Shown one piece after another: positions 1 to 9,816 of a stretch of 64,000 nucleotides of DNA. Source of the stretch: Gammaproteobacteria bacterium (GTDB lineage Bacteria; Pseudomonadota; Gammaproteobacteria; CBDBNL01; JAAOII01). The notes under the pieces were generated by a model. The model was not told where the DNA came from. It saw nothing but the letters and a program-made list of their open reading frames with translations, and searched no databases. Position numbers and translations under genes: made by a program. Every line of letters starts with the position of its first letter. Positions within the stretch are counted from its first letter, which is position 1. The stretch spans positions 320,001 through 384,000 of the forward strand of contig OZ242372.1 in the NCBI GenBank assembly GCA_965209035.1. Reading direction: 5' to 3'.

Positions 1-239
1 TCCATATCCGAGCGCAACGCAAGATTGGACCTCTCCATATCCGAGCGCAACGCAAGATTGGATTTCTCCATATCCGCACGCAACTTATTGATAGATTTAT
101 CCAAGGTGGTAAAGTAAAAGTCATACTTTGCCGCCTCACTGGCAATGCGTTGCGCGTTTTCATCCGAAACGCCCGCAGCGCACAAGCCGTTATAAAGTCC
201 TCTGTTTAGCATACCGCCACCATGTTCATGTTGTTTCAT
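1..239 (-). CDS. DUF1640/CCDC90-like coiled-coil membrane protein, copy 1 (runs off the left edge)
   Basis: ATG at 239, exactly 571 bp from the copy 2 start. Same N-terminus (MKQHEHGGGMLNRGLYNGLCAAGVS) and same 33-bp repeats. Confidence 0.8.
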   Translation of the reverse strand, partial: MKQHEHGGGMLNRGLYNGLCAAGVSDENAQRIASEAAKYDFYFTTLDKSINKLRADMEKSNLALRSDMERSNLALRSDM

Positions 240-291
240 AATATAGCTCTCCTTTGCTTATGATTTTTCTAAAATAATTACTAACTAGAAT

Positions 292-318
292 ATTATAACA
301 CTTTTTTTGTTATGACAA
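292..318 (-). promoter_or_regulatory. sigma70-like promoter of the DUF1640-like genes (also at 863-889 and about 1560-1587)
   Basis: Minus strand TTGTCA-N15/16-TATAAT with TG-extended -10 and an A7 tract in the spacer, upstream of every copy. Confidence 0.6.
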
Positions 319-471
319 TTTTTTTGTATCATCCCACCCATTCCCGGACTTTTGTTGTTTTTGCAAAAAGAGGACGCACAATGCTCAACTTAGAGTCCGG
401 AACCTTTATGAGATCATGCTCCTACTTATTAAATAACCGGGCACTCTGTTTTTAATCTGTTATCACAATAT

Positions 472-810
472 TTAGGCCAGACCAATGATACCGGTTAACA
501 CAACCCCCAGGGTCACCAGATTCAATCCCAACAAGAGACCGGTCGTTAAGGTGACTTTTGCTTCCAGATGTTTGACATCTCCCTGAACCTCCAGGATGGA
601 CTTCTCCATATCCGAACGCAACGCATTGATAGATTTATCCGTATCCGAACGCAACGTATTAATAGATTTATCCAAGGCGGTGAAGTAAAAGTCATACTTT
701 GCCGCCTCACCGGCAATGCGTTGCGCGTTTTCATCCGAAACGCCCGCAGCGCACAAGCCGTTATAAAGTCCTCTGTTTAGCATACCGCCACCATGTTCAT
801 GTTGTTTCAT
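472..810 (-). CDS. DUF1640/CCDC90-like coiled-coil membrane protein, copy 2 (short stalk)
   Basis: Head motif LCAAGVSDENAQRIA, 11-residue stalk repeats LRSD(T/M)(D/E)KSI, hydrophobic C-terminal helix. AGGAG Shine-Dalgarno upstream. Confidence 0.75.
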   Translation of the reverse strand: MKQHEHGGGMLNRGLYNGLCAAGVSDENAQRIAGEAAKYDFYFTALDKSINTLRSDTDKSINALRSDMEKSILEVQGDVKHLEAKVTLTTGLLLGLNLVTLGVVLTGIIGLA

Positions 811-1042
811 AATATAGCTCTCCTTTGCTTATGATTTTTCTAAAATAATTACTAACTAGAATATTATAACACTTTTTTTGTTATGACAATTTTTTTGTAT
901 CATCCCACCCATTCCCGGACTTTTGTTGTTTTTGCAAAAAGAGGACGCACAATGCTCAACTTAGAGTCCGGAACCTTTATGAGATCATGCTCCTACTTAT
1001 TAAATAACCGGGCACTCTGTTTTTAATCTGTTATCACAATAT

Positions 1043-1507
1043 TTAGGCCAGACCAATGATACCGGTTAACACAACCCCCAGGGTCACCAGATTCAATCCC
1101 AACAAGAGACCGGTCGTTAAGGTGACTTTTGCTTCCAGATGTTTGACATCTCCCTGAACCTCCAGGATGGACTTCTCCATATCCGAACGCAACGCAAGAT
1201 TGGATTTCTCCATATCCGCACGCAACGCAAGATTGGATTTCTCCATATCCGCACGCGACGCAAGATTGGATTTCTCCATATCCGCACGCAACGCAAGATT
1301 GGATTTCTCCATATCCGCACGCGACGCAAGATTGGATTTCTCCATATCCGCACGCAACTTATTGATAGATTTATCCAAGGTGGTAAAGTAAAAGTCATAC
1401 TTTGCCGCCTCACTGGCAATGCGTTGCGCGTTTTCATCCGAAACGCCCGCAGCGCACAAGCCGTTATAAAGTCCTCTGTTTAACATACCGCTATGTTGTT
1501 GTCTCAT
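1043..1507 (-). CDS. DUF1640/CCDC90-like coiled-coil membrane protein, copy 3 (long stalk)
   Basis: Same head and anchor as copy 2, with four extra 33-bp RADMEKSNLA(L/S) units. Confidence 0.75.
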   Translation of the reverse strand: MRQQHSGMLNRGLYNGLCAAGVSDENAQRIASEAAKYDFYFTTLDKSINKLRADMEKSNLASRADMEKSNLALRADMEKSNLASRADMEKSNLALRADMEKSNLALRSDMEKSILEVQGDVKHLEAKVTLTTGLLLGLNLVTLGVVLTGIIGLA

Positions 1508-1685
1508 AATATAGCTCTCCTTTGCTTATGATTTTTCTAAAATAACTACTAACACAAACATTATAACATCTTTTTTTGTTATGACAATTTTTAAATCTAA
1601 TCCGTTGAGATAATGCGTGCTTTGAGAGATGCCGTCGGGCTCATCGCAAAAACCCTCTAACAAATAATCACAATATAATAAAAGG

Positions 1686-2510
1686 ATGCCCGAACTACCG
1701 GAAGTGGAAACAACCCGCCGGGCTTTGGCGGGTGTTCTGAAAGGAAAAACCCTACTGAAACTAATCATTCGCCAACCGAAACTGCGTTACCCGGTCCGAG
1801 CGGATCTCCCTCAACTCTTGGAAAAAAGAACAATCACAGACATTTGTCGTCGCGCGAAATATGTGATCATCAAATTCTCACACGGCAATCTTCTGATTCA
1901 CTTGGGAATGTCCGGCAGTTTGCGAATGATTGAAAAGACCAAACAGCCGCCACCGCCTCTAAAACACGACCATCTGGAGGCACACTTTGCGGATTACCTC
2001 CTTCGCTATCATGATCCCCGCAGGTTCGGCTACTGGCTTTGGGAAGATGCCAAACTGCCCGCCGAACACTCCAAGTTGAGCGGTCTCGGTGTTGAACCGC
2101 TGGAGCGAAAATTTTCCGCCGCCTACTTCGGCGCAGTTATTCGCGGCAAAACAACTCCCATAAAATCCCTATTAATGAACAACAAATACCTGGTAGGTGT
2201 CGGCAACATTTATGCCAGTGAGTCCCTGTGGCTTGCCGGCATCATTCCGTTTCGGGCGGCGGGAGAACTCACAACGGACGAAACCGCCAAACTTGTCCGT
2301 TCTGTCAAAAGTGTCTTAAAGAAATCACTGCAAGCCGGAGGCACCAGCCTGCGCGACTATGTCACTGCGGAAGGAACCCCCGGCTACTTTGTGTTGAAAT
2401 TAAATGTTTACGGCAAACAAGGGTCCCCTTGCCGCAGATGCGGTGCCTCTGTCCGACGATCCGTTCTGGGGCAACGCTCGGCTTTCTATTGTCCGAAATG
2501 TCAAAAATAA
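1686..2510 (+). CDS. mutM: Formamidopyrimidine-DNA glycosylase
   Basis: N-terminal PELPEVE, HLGMSG, GVGNIYASE and C-terminal CxxC...CxxC zinc finger. Confidence 0.97.
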   Translation: MPELPEVETTRRALAGVLKGKTLLKLIIRQPKLRYPVRADLPQLLEKRTITDICRRAKYVIIKFSHGNLLIHLGMSGSLRMIEKTKQPPPPLKHDHLEAHFADYLLRYHDPRRFGYWLWEDAKLPAEHSKLSGLGVEPLERKFSAAYFGAVIRGKTTPIKSLLMNNKYLVGVGNIYASESLWLAGIIPFRAAGELTTDETAKLVRSVKSVLKKSLQAGGTSLRDYVTAEGTPGYFVLKLNVYGKQGSPCRRCGASVRRSVLGQRSAFYCPKCQK

Positions 2511-2543
2511 AAACTCATCCCGCGGATTTTTATCCGATTGGAA

Positions 2544-3980
2544 ATGAATCATAAAAAAGACACCGCGGCGAAAGACAAACTGCTAAAAGGATTTCTTAAA
2601 GAGCCTGCGGAACGCCTGACGATGCAGTTCTCCGCTTCGCATCGTTTTGATCGTGCACTCTTTAAGCAAGATATCGCCGTATCTCTGGCACATATTAAGA
2701 TGCTCAAAAGCATTGGTTTGCTTGATGACAAAGAACACGAAAAACTCAGCAATGCTCTCCTGCTAACGAAAGACAAAATTGCCAAGGGAAAGGTGGAATG
2801 GCGGGACGAATTGGAAGACATTCATATGCACATAGAATCTGAGATCACCCGGCAACTGGGGGAGACGGGTCGCAAGTTACATCCCGGCAGGTCACGCAAT
2901 GACCAGGTCGCAACGGACATACGACTTTACCTGCGCGATGCGACAGACGACCTCATTGACACGATTGCCCGACTGCGACAAGTTTTGGCGGAGCGTGCCG
3001 AAGAATATCATGCCGTCCTGATGCCCGGCTTCACTCATCTGCAACCGGCACAGCCGGTCACATTCGGTCATCATTTAATGGCATGGCAAGAGATGCTGGT
3101 GCGCGATCAAGAGCGGCTGACAGATTGCCGCAAACGCATTAACCAAATGCCCTTGGGGGCGGCCGCTCTGGCGGGAACTTCTTTCCCGGTGGATCGCACT
3201 CTGCTTGCCAAAGAACTCGGGTTTGACGCACCGATGAAAAACTCGTTGGACGCGGTCAGTGCCCGCGATTTTGCAATAGAGTTTGCGGCGGCGACGGCAA
3301 TCTGTATGCAGCATCTGTCGCGCTGGTCCGAAGAACTTATTCTGTGGTGTTCGCCTCAGTTTGGTTTTGTGGAACTGCCGGATCATCTTTGCACAGGATC
3401 TTCCATCATGCCGCAAAAGAAAAATCCGGATCTGCCGGAACTTGTGCGCGGCAAGAGCGGGCGTGTCTTTGGAAACCTCGTCGCACTGCTCACCCTGATG
3501 AAAGGACAACCGCTCGCCTACAACAAAGACAATCAAGAGGACAAGGAGCCGTTGTTTGATTCGGTGCGCACCTTGAAAGATTGCCTGAAAGTTTGGATAC
3601 TCTTGGCATCTGGCATGTGCGTGAACCCCGCCCGAACCGAAGCCGCGCTCAATCTCGGCCACATCAACGCCACCTGCTTGGCGGACTACCTGACCGCAAA
3701 AGGCATGCCGTTTCGCGAAGCATATGCCATCGCCGGTAAGGCGGTGCGTCAGGCAATCCGGAAAAAGAAACGACTGCAAGAACTCAAACCGGAGCAATTC
3801 CGACAACTGTCCGAGTTGATAGAAAAAGATATCTACCCGCAATTGGACTATGCCAACATTGTTGCCTCTTATGACCTGCCCGGCGGCAGTGCGCCCGCCC
3901 GAGTCCGGCAGGCCGCCCGCAACACCCTACTCGGACTCAAAAAGAGAGCAACACACCGGACCCCGCCGAATAAGACCTGA
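2544..3980 (+). CDS. argH: Argininosuccinate lyase
   Basis: GRSRNDQ, GFTHLQ, GSSIMPQKKNPD and YNKD motifs. Start is ATG 2544 or TTG 2538. Confidence 0.97.
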   Translation: MNHKKDTAAKDKLLKGFLKEPAERLTMQFSASHRFDRALFKQDIAVSLAHIKMLKSIGLLDDKEHEKLSNALLLTKDKIAKGKVEWRDELEDIHMHIESEITRQLGETGRKLHPGRSRNDQVATDIRLYLRDATDDLIDTIARLRQVLAERAEEYHAVLMPGFTHLQPAQPVTFGHHLMAWQEMLVRDQERLTDCRKRINQMPLGAAALAGTSFPVDRTLLAKELGFDAPMKNSLDAVSARDFAIEFAAATAICMQHLSRWSEELILWCSPQFGFVELPDHLCTGSSIMPQKKNPDLPELVRGKSGRVFGNLVALLTLMKGQPLAYNKDNQEDKEPLFDSVRTLKDCLKVWILLASGMCVNPARTEAALNLGHINATCLADYLTAKGMPFREAYAIAGKAVRQAIRKKKRLQELKPEQFRQLSELIEKDIYPQLDYANIVASYDLPGGSAPARVRQAARNTLLGLKKRATHRTPPNKT

Positions 3981-4079
3981 TACCGTCCGGACACTCCCCC
4001 TTTTACCCGAACACCTCCAACTTTTTTGATCCGAGATACGGTTGGGCGAGTTCATCATGTGGCAGCCACGCCCCTGCCG

Positions 4080-4109
4080 TTGCATATTCGGTGTTCCTAT
4101 TCCTATAAT
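4080..4109 (+). promoter_or_regulatory. sigma70 promoter, probably leaderless, for yciB
   Basis: TTGCAT-N18-TATAAT followed by 7 nt and then ATG. Confidence 0.65.
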
Positions 4110-4116
4110 ATTTTCT

Positions 4117-4653
4117 ATGAAAGCCCTCATTGATTTTTTACCCGTTGTCGTCTTCGTTGTCGCCTATGTTCTCAGCGGAAGTATTTTTGTTGCCACCGCC
4201 TGGATTCTTGCGGCGTCCTCCGCCCAACTGACATTGACTTGGCTCATCTGGAGAAAGTTTGAAAAGATCCATCTGTTCACTTTCGGTGTGCTTTTAATTT
4301 TCGGTGCCGCCACCTTGATTTTGCGCGACCCGCGCTTCATTCAATGGAAGCCCACCATCGCCACCTGGTGTCTCGCCGTCGGCTTCTACGCCAGCACCCG
4401 CTTCGGGAAAAAGTCTGTTATGGAACGATTACTCGGAACAAAAATGACACTCCCCGGCGAAGTATGGAAGAGTTTGACTGTCTTTTGGTCGCTATTCTTC
4501 CTCGTTTCAGGCGGTGCCAACTTGTATGTATTGATGAATTACACCGAAGAGTTCTGGGTGTACTTCAAACTATACGGTCAACTCGGCTTAACGGTCGTTT
4601 TCCTGATACTGCAGAGTATTTACATTAGCCGCAAAGTTAAAGCGGCCGGTTAG
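4117..4653 (+). CDS. yciB: Intracellular septation/membrane protein YciB (IspZ)
   Basis: MKALIDFLP, FIQWKPT and WVYFKLYG motifs; adjacent to yciI. Start moved to ATG 4117. Confidence 0.93.
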   Translation: MKALIDFLPVVVFVVAYVLSGSIFVATAWILAASSAQLTLTWLIWRKFEKIHLFTFGVLLIFGAATLILRDPRFIQWKPTIATWCLAVGFYASTRFGKKSVMERLLGTKMTLPGEVWKSLTVFWSLFFLVSGGANLYVLMNYTEEFWVYFKLYGQLGLTVVFLILQSIYISRKVKAAG

Positions 4654-4666
4654 GTCATCATTCATC

Positions 4667-4966
4667 ATGTGGTATGCAATCATCTGTCGGGATCAGCCGC
4701 AGAGCGGGGAACTCCGCAACAAACTGCGCGACGAGCATCTGAAACGCCTAGATTCCTTGAGAGCGGAAGGCCGTCTCTTACTTGCCGGACCTATGCCCGC
4801 CACGGACAATGACCAAGCCGGCGAAGGCGATATTCTCGGAAGTTTAATCATTGCCGAATTTGAAAACCGGGAACAAGCCAAACACTGGGCAAGCGAAGAC
4901 CCTTACACCAAAGGAGATGTTTACCGGACAGCGGAGATTTTCCCCTTCATTCAAAGATTACCCTAA
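4667..4966 (+). CDS. yciI: YciI family protein
   Basis: MWYAI...R.EHL.RL..L..EGRLLLAGP...GSLII...DPY pattern. Confidence 0.93.
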   Translation: MWYAIICRDQPQSGELRNKLRDEHLKRLDSLRAEGRLLLAGPMPATDNDQAGEGDILGSLIIAEFENREQAKHWASEDPYTKGDVYRTAEIFPFIQRLP

Positions 4967-5156
4967 TCAGGCATCTCCGCGCATTAATATTCCCCCGGCT
5001 CACACAAACATTACGGGTCCTGTTGAACTGTGAACAATGCAGCGAACAATGCAGCGAACGACGCGGCAAACAGCGCGGCGGTTTCCGCTTCCTTCCGGCT
5101 ATTTTTTTGTGCCGGAGTCCATTGGCAATCTCAATACCCGCGGTCATCCCACAAAA

Positions 5157-5879
5157 ATGAACGAAGATATTAATCGCGGTCAACTGCCGGAGGATTGGAA
5201 GAACATGATGGACTTCGCGCTGAAACAGTCTTTTATGGAGAAACTGAGATCCTTTCTTGCCTCGCAAAAAAAAGCAAACAAGACAATTTACCCGCCGATG
5301 GACATGCTTTTCAACGCCTTCAACTTGACACCCTTTGACCGGGTGTCCGTCGTTATTCTGGGGCAGGACCCGTATCACGGACCCGGCCAGGCACACGGAT
5401 TAAGTTTTTCCGTCCCCAAAGGGACCCGTCCGCCGCCCTCTTTGCAGAACATCTTCAAAGAACTCAAAAGCGACCTGGGCATTCAACGCACCCGCACAGA
5501 TCTCAGTGATTGGGCCCAACAGGGCGTCCTGCTGCTCAACAGTGTTCTCTCCGTGGAAGCACACAAGGCAAACTCGCATTCCAAGCGAGGATGGGAACAG
5601 TTTACCGATGCGGTCATTGACGCTTTACTCAGAAAGAGAGGGCAGAATCTGGCATTTGTCTTGTGGGGAGCGTCGGCACAAAGAAAGGGAGAGCAAATTA
5701 ACGCGGACCGGCATCTGGTGATCCGTTCGGCACATCCCTCCCCGCTTTCGGCTGAAAGAGGGTTCTTTGGCAGCCGTCCGTTTTCTCGCATTAATGCATT
5801 CCTGATGGCGGAAGGACGCGAACCAATTCACTGGGGAGAGGCGGAGCAAACCTCGCCTCCAAATGAGCACCCAAATTAG
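5157..5879 (+). CDS. ung: Uracil-DNA glycosylase (family 1)
   Basis: GQDPYH, HGLSFS, GVLLLN and HPSPLS motifs. Start probably ATG 5157. Confidence 0.96.
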   Translation: MNEDINRGQLPEDWKNMMDFALKQSFMEKLRSFLASQKKANKTIYPPMDMLFNAFNLTPFDRVSVVILGQDPYHGPGQAHGLSFSVPKGTRPPPSLQNIFKELKSDLGIQRTRTDLSDWAQQGVLLLNSVLSVEAHKANSHSKRGWEQFTDAVIDALLRKRGQNLAFVLWGASAQRKGEQINADRHLVIRSAHPSPLSAERGFFGSRPFSRINAFLMAEGREPIHWGEAEQTSPPNEHPN

Positions 5880-5894
5880 CATTCAAGTTATTAA

Positions 5895-8156
5895 ATGAAC
5901 GCTTTTATCGGAAACTTTTCCCTGGCAATCGCAATGACCCTGTCGCTGACATTGTCAGTGTTGCCGTTTCTGTTGCCGGGCAAAACCGGGCAGAGCCCGG
6001 CACTGCCACATACGAGCGCAAACATACCAAAACTGCTGCGTAACTATTCTCGCTCTCTTGCCGGCGGTGTTCTGTTCTTTCTTGTCTTGTCTTTGCTTGC
6101 CTTGATGACCGCTTTTGTCACAGATGACTTCTCGCTTGAGTATGTTGCCGCCAACAGTGGCAAAGCACTCCCGCTCATATTTAAGATCAGCGCTATTTGG
6201 GGAGCACACGAAGGATCTATGTTGCTCTGGTGTTTCATATTAAGCGGATGGTTTTTTGTTTTCGCCAACTTGCGCCAAAAAGATCCCACAAACGCGCCGG
6301 GCTTCCGGATCACCGTCCTTGCCCTGGCAAGTGCTTTTCTGAGCCTGTTCCTTGCCTTCGTGCTGTTTCTGTCCAACCCTTTTGGAAGCGTCTTCCCCCC
6401 GCCTGCGGAAGGAAACTACCTCAATCCCTTGCTGCAAGATTTTGCGTTCATCATGCATCCGCCCTTTTTGTATATGGGATATGCGGGTCTCGCCCTGGTT
6501 TGTGCCATCGCACTGGCAACATCTTTGCATAATTTGCCGCCAAGGGAAAGCGGTCGTCTTTTAATTAACTGGGCACGCAACTCTTGGGCATTTCTGACAA
6601 TCGGCATTGGTCTCGGCAGTTGGTGGGCATACTACGAACTCGGTTGGGGTGGTTGGTGGTTCTGGGATCCGGTTGAAAATTCTTCGCTCATGCCCTGGCT
6701 TGCCTTGGCCGCCCTCGTTCACTCCGCCGCCGCTCTAAGAAAAAGGCAACAACTCCAAGGTTGGGTTCTTTTTTTGGCTCTTCTGTGCCTGAGCTTAAGT
6801 TTGATGGGCATCTTTCTGGTGCGTTCCGGTCTGCTCACCTCCGTGCATGCCTTTGCTCTGGATAAGGAACGCGGGCTATTTTTACTTGCCATTTGGCTTC
6901 TTTGCACCCTGGCCGGCTGTGTTATGCTTTACCTCGGTTACAAGCGCGAACGCAAAAAGATTTCCCCCCGATCGCGCACCCTTGTTCTCTTATTGAACAA
7001 TCTGTTACTGCTCAGCGCGCTTTTTTGTGTGTTTGTCGGCACCTATTATCCGCTTCTTGCCGACTGGCTATATGGCAGACCCATTTCCGTCGGCGCACCC
7101 TACTTTTCGCAAGTCATCACTCCTCTTGCCCTCGTGGGCGGCTGCATCGCCGCCTTTGTCGCTTTGTTCTCATGGAATGAGGCGAACGAAGGGAGTGTGG
7201 GGGAAGGGAGTGAGGACAACAAGAGGAGTGGCGACAGAATCACTAAAATGGCAATACCCGGCAATTCCGAGAATTCCGACAAGGACCCCGCGCAAAAAAA
7301 CATCTTACCGATAAAAAAATTATCGGGTTTCTTTTTAATCTGTGTTTATATGATTCTGTTTTCCGCAGGGGTTGCCCTCGCCTTTCCTTATCTGTATGCA
7401 GGCAGTGCTAATCTCGGCGCGTCTCTGTTTGTTTTTGTCGGTGTTCTCTTATTGTGCGGCACCCTGGCGGAGGTCCGCAACCTTGTGAAGCCGAGTGCCG
7501 CCGGAGAAAAAGGCAAACAAAAGTCACTCAAAAGAAAAAGAAGGAAAAGATTGTGGAGTATTCTTCCGGGACATCTGGGGTTTGTGCTCTTGATACTTGG
7601 CACGGGGCTCAACGGTATTTATCACCAAAAGGTGCGTGTCATTGTCCAGCCCGGCGAGAAGTTTGAGCAATTCGGCTACGAATGGACGCTCAAAAATATC
7701 GAAGCGGGCAGAAAAGACAACTACGAATACATGCGGGCACGACTGATTGCCACAGACCCGAAAAACGGCAAAGAAATTCAATTCTTACCCGCCCGCCATC
7801 TGTATGACATCAGGCAACAGGTAACCGCCGAGTCGGCGATTCATCCGGGAGCCTTTGCGGATATCCTTGCCACATTTTCACCTGATTTTACGGGGTCTCC
7901 CAATCGCAACAAAGGGCATTTGTTTGTTCTGCAGTGGCAACCGTTTGTCCGCTGGGTTTGGGCGGGCGGAATTTTTATTGCCCTGGGAGCATGGCTGGGT
8001 TGGTTGGGGGAGCGGAAGTCTCGCCGGCACCACAAACGCAAGGAACGCCACAAAAAAAGCGAGGAACGCGAGAAACACAATAAAAAACTTCCCGGAACTT
8101 CCCAAACGGCAGCATTAATAAGCACCGGGATAGGCACCGGGACAAGCACAAGATGA
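5895..8156 (+). CDS. ccmF: Cytochrome c maturation heme lyase CcmF, with low-complexity insertions
   Basis: WGAHEGS, HPPFLY, WAYYELGWGGWWFWDPVEN (WWD motif) and SVHAF. Confidence 0.95.
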   Translation: MNAFIGNFSLAIAMTLSLTLSVLPFLLPGKTGQSPALPHTSANIPKLLRNYSRSLAGGVLFFLVLSLLALMTAFVTDDFSLEYVAANSGKALPLIFKISAIWGAHEGSMLLWCFILSGWFFVFANLRQKDPTNAPGFRITVLALASAFLSLFLAFVLFLSNPFGSVFPPPAEGNYLNPLLQDFAFIMHPPFLYMGYAGLALVCAIALATSLHNLPPRESGRLLINWARNSWAFLTIGIGLGSWWAYYELGWGGWWFWDPVENSSLMPWLALAALVHSAAALRKRQQLQGWVLFLALLCLSLSLMGIFLVRSGLLTSVHAFALDKERGLFLLAIWLLCTLAGCVMLYLGYKRERKKISPRSRTLVLLLNNLLLLSALFCVFVGTYYPLLADWLYGRPISVGAPYFSQVITPLALVGGCIAAFVALFSWNEANEGSVGEGSEDNKRSGDRITKMAIPGNSENSDKDPAQKNILPIKKLSGFFLICVYMILFSAGVALAFPYLYAGSANLGASLFVFVGVLLLCGTLAEVRNLVKPSAAGEKGKQKSLKRKRRKRLWSILPGHLGFVLLILGTGLNGIYHQKVRVIVQPGEKFEQFGYEWTLKNIEAGRKDNYEYMRARLIATDPKNGKEIQFLPARHLYDIRQQVTAESAIHPGAFADILATFSPDFTGSPNRNKGHLFVLQWQPFVRWVWAGGIFIALGAWLGWLGERKSRRHHKRKERHKKSEEREKHNKKLPGTSQTAALISTGIGTGTSTR

Positions 8157-8683
8157 CCCGCAAATCTCCCTATCAAATCGGTATTTTTCTGGTAGCCCTG
8201 ATCGCGTTTGCGGTAGGCATCAGCCTTTCCGTTATTCTGTTTTACGAAACAACTGAAACAAAACCGCAAGATTCCGCACTGCCGCAGTTTTCAATGCCCG
8301 TTTTGGAAACAGCGGGACAGGCACCGGCAATATTCACAAACCGGCAATTGGAATTGCCCGCCCTGTTCAATGTCTGGGCAAGTTGGTGTGTCTCTTGCAG
8401 GTATGAACATCCCGTTCTAATGGATCTTGCCGACCGCGGCATTCGCATTTACGGCATCAATTACCAGGACGAAACAGCCGAGGCACAAAAATGGCTCCAA
8501 CAAAACGGAGATCCGTATCTTGTAAGCATCAAAGACAAGCGCGGTATTCTCGGTGCCAAACTCGGGCTTTTCGGAGTTCCCGAAACCTACTTTGTTAATG
8601 CGGACGGTAAAATATCCGAACGCCACATCGGCATCCTGACCGAGCAGGTCTGGCAGGAGAAGTTCCGGCATCTGTGGAAATGA
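8153..8683 (+). CDS. ccmG: Thiol:disulfide oxidoreductase CcmG/DsbE
   Basis: N-terminal TM helix, NVWASWCVSC, GVPETY. ATGA overlap with ccmF. Confidence 0.92.
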   Translation: MTRKSPYQIGIFLVALIAFAVGISLSVILFYETTETKPQDSALPQFSMPVLETAGQAPAIFTNRQLELPALFNVWASWCVSCRYEHPVLMDLADRGIRIYGINYQDETAEAQKWLQQNGDPYLVSIKDKRGILGAKLGLFGVPETYFVNADGKISERHIGILTEQVWQEKFRHLWK

Positions 8684-9816
8684 ATGACACCCGCATCCGC
8701 AATATGAAATCGGCAAGTAGTTTCCCGCGGCAAGTTCCCGTCCCCCGCCCCCTTAAAAAAGAAATTTCGGTCAATAGCGAAGTGCGGGAAATGCAAGAAA
8801 TACGCGAAATGCGCGAAATGCGCCAAATACACAGAGGCGTTTGTTACCGACTTTACAAAACGGCTATCAAACAAGCCGGGCAAGCCAAGGAGCGGGATGT
8901 TGTTTTGCGCGTCCCTGTCCGAGGGGTATCTTCTCTCAGCCCCATCGGCGACCTTGAACACATCGGCAACAGATACAATCAATTTGCCGCCACCGGCTAT
9001 TGCGTCGCCGCACTCAAAGTATTTGAAATCAATGACCCTCTCATCTATCCTGACGGCGCCATCATGACTGAACATATCACAGGGCGGCGGGTACAATTGC
9101 CGGCAGACTTCTCTTACGCCGCCGAGTGTTTATTGGCATTACACCAAAGCGAAGCGGAAGGTGACATGCATGAGACCGCAAAAAAGAAAGAATTGAATCT
9201 TGAGGAAACGATCAAACACAGAATGCGGTATCTTGAACTTGCCCCGATTGAACCACAAAGCAAACAACTAATACGAGACATCAGGGAAAAAGCCGAGAAA
9301 AAAGCAATGAGCGGCGGCGACGGCAGAGTTCGGGTCACTCGTAGTTTTCCAATCATGGCCGACACCCATCCGGGCAACTTTGTGGTTACGAAACAGGATG
9401 GCAAAGAAAAGATGATCGCTCTGGATGTGGAAAGTGATTACACAGGTGACCCCGTTTGGGATCTGGCACACTTTTCTCTGCTTTCTTCTCTCCTCTGGTG
9501 TCATCCCGGAGCAACGCCTTTGAGCACAAGTAGCATCCTTTCGTTTTACGAAAAATACCGCGGATTGAATGCGACGTCCCCCAAAAGAAAACAAATTCCC
9601 GTCGACTCCCTGACACCCGCCCGCTGTCTGGCGGCAAGATGGCAGATCCTATGTCGCACCCTTGGCTGGATGCTGTCGTTAATGTGCCTTGCCAAATCGG
9701 GAGAAATTCGCCCGCCCCAAAAGGCACTTGAAGCCGCGCATCATATTGTTTGTCCGGATAATCTGAACAGGATCATCCGGCAAGAAGAGGAACTGAACAC
9801 AGCATGGACAGCATAG
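8674..9816 (+). CDS. APH/choline-kinase-like phosphotransferase
   Basis: Brenner-like DTHPGN, LDVE and GDP.WDLA motifs. Confidence 0.7.
   Translation: MEMNDTRIRNMKSASSFPRQVPVPRPLKKEISVNSEVREMQEIREMREMRQIHRGVCYRLYKTAIKQAGQAKERDVVLRVPVRGVSSLSPIGDLEHIGNRYNQFAATGYCVAALKVFEINDPLIYPDGAIMTEHITGRRVQLPADFSYAAECLLALHQSEAEGDMHETAKKKELNLEETIKHRMRYLELAPIEPQSKQLIRDIREKAEKKAMSGGDGRVRVTRSFPIMADTHPGNFVVTKQDGKEKMIALDVESDYTGDPVWDLAHFSLLSSLLWCHPGATPLSTSSILSFYEKYRGLNATSPKRKQIPVDSLTPARCLAARWQILCRTLGWMLSLMCLAKSGEIRPPQKALEAAHHIVCPDNLNRIIRQEEELNTAWTA

Larger units (their letters stand above)
240..1042. repeat. Identical 232-bp spacers (240-471 and 811-1042) of a tandem gene array
   Basis: Base-by-base comparison by eye shows no differences; period 571 bp. 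Confidence 0.9.

Noticed and set aside
1-1507. Diversity-generating retroelement TR/VR (also considered for the FN3 repeats)
   Set aside because: Differences are repeat-number changes and mixed substitutions rather than adenine-specific, and no reverse transcriptase is in the window.
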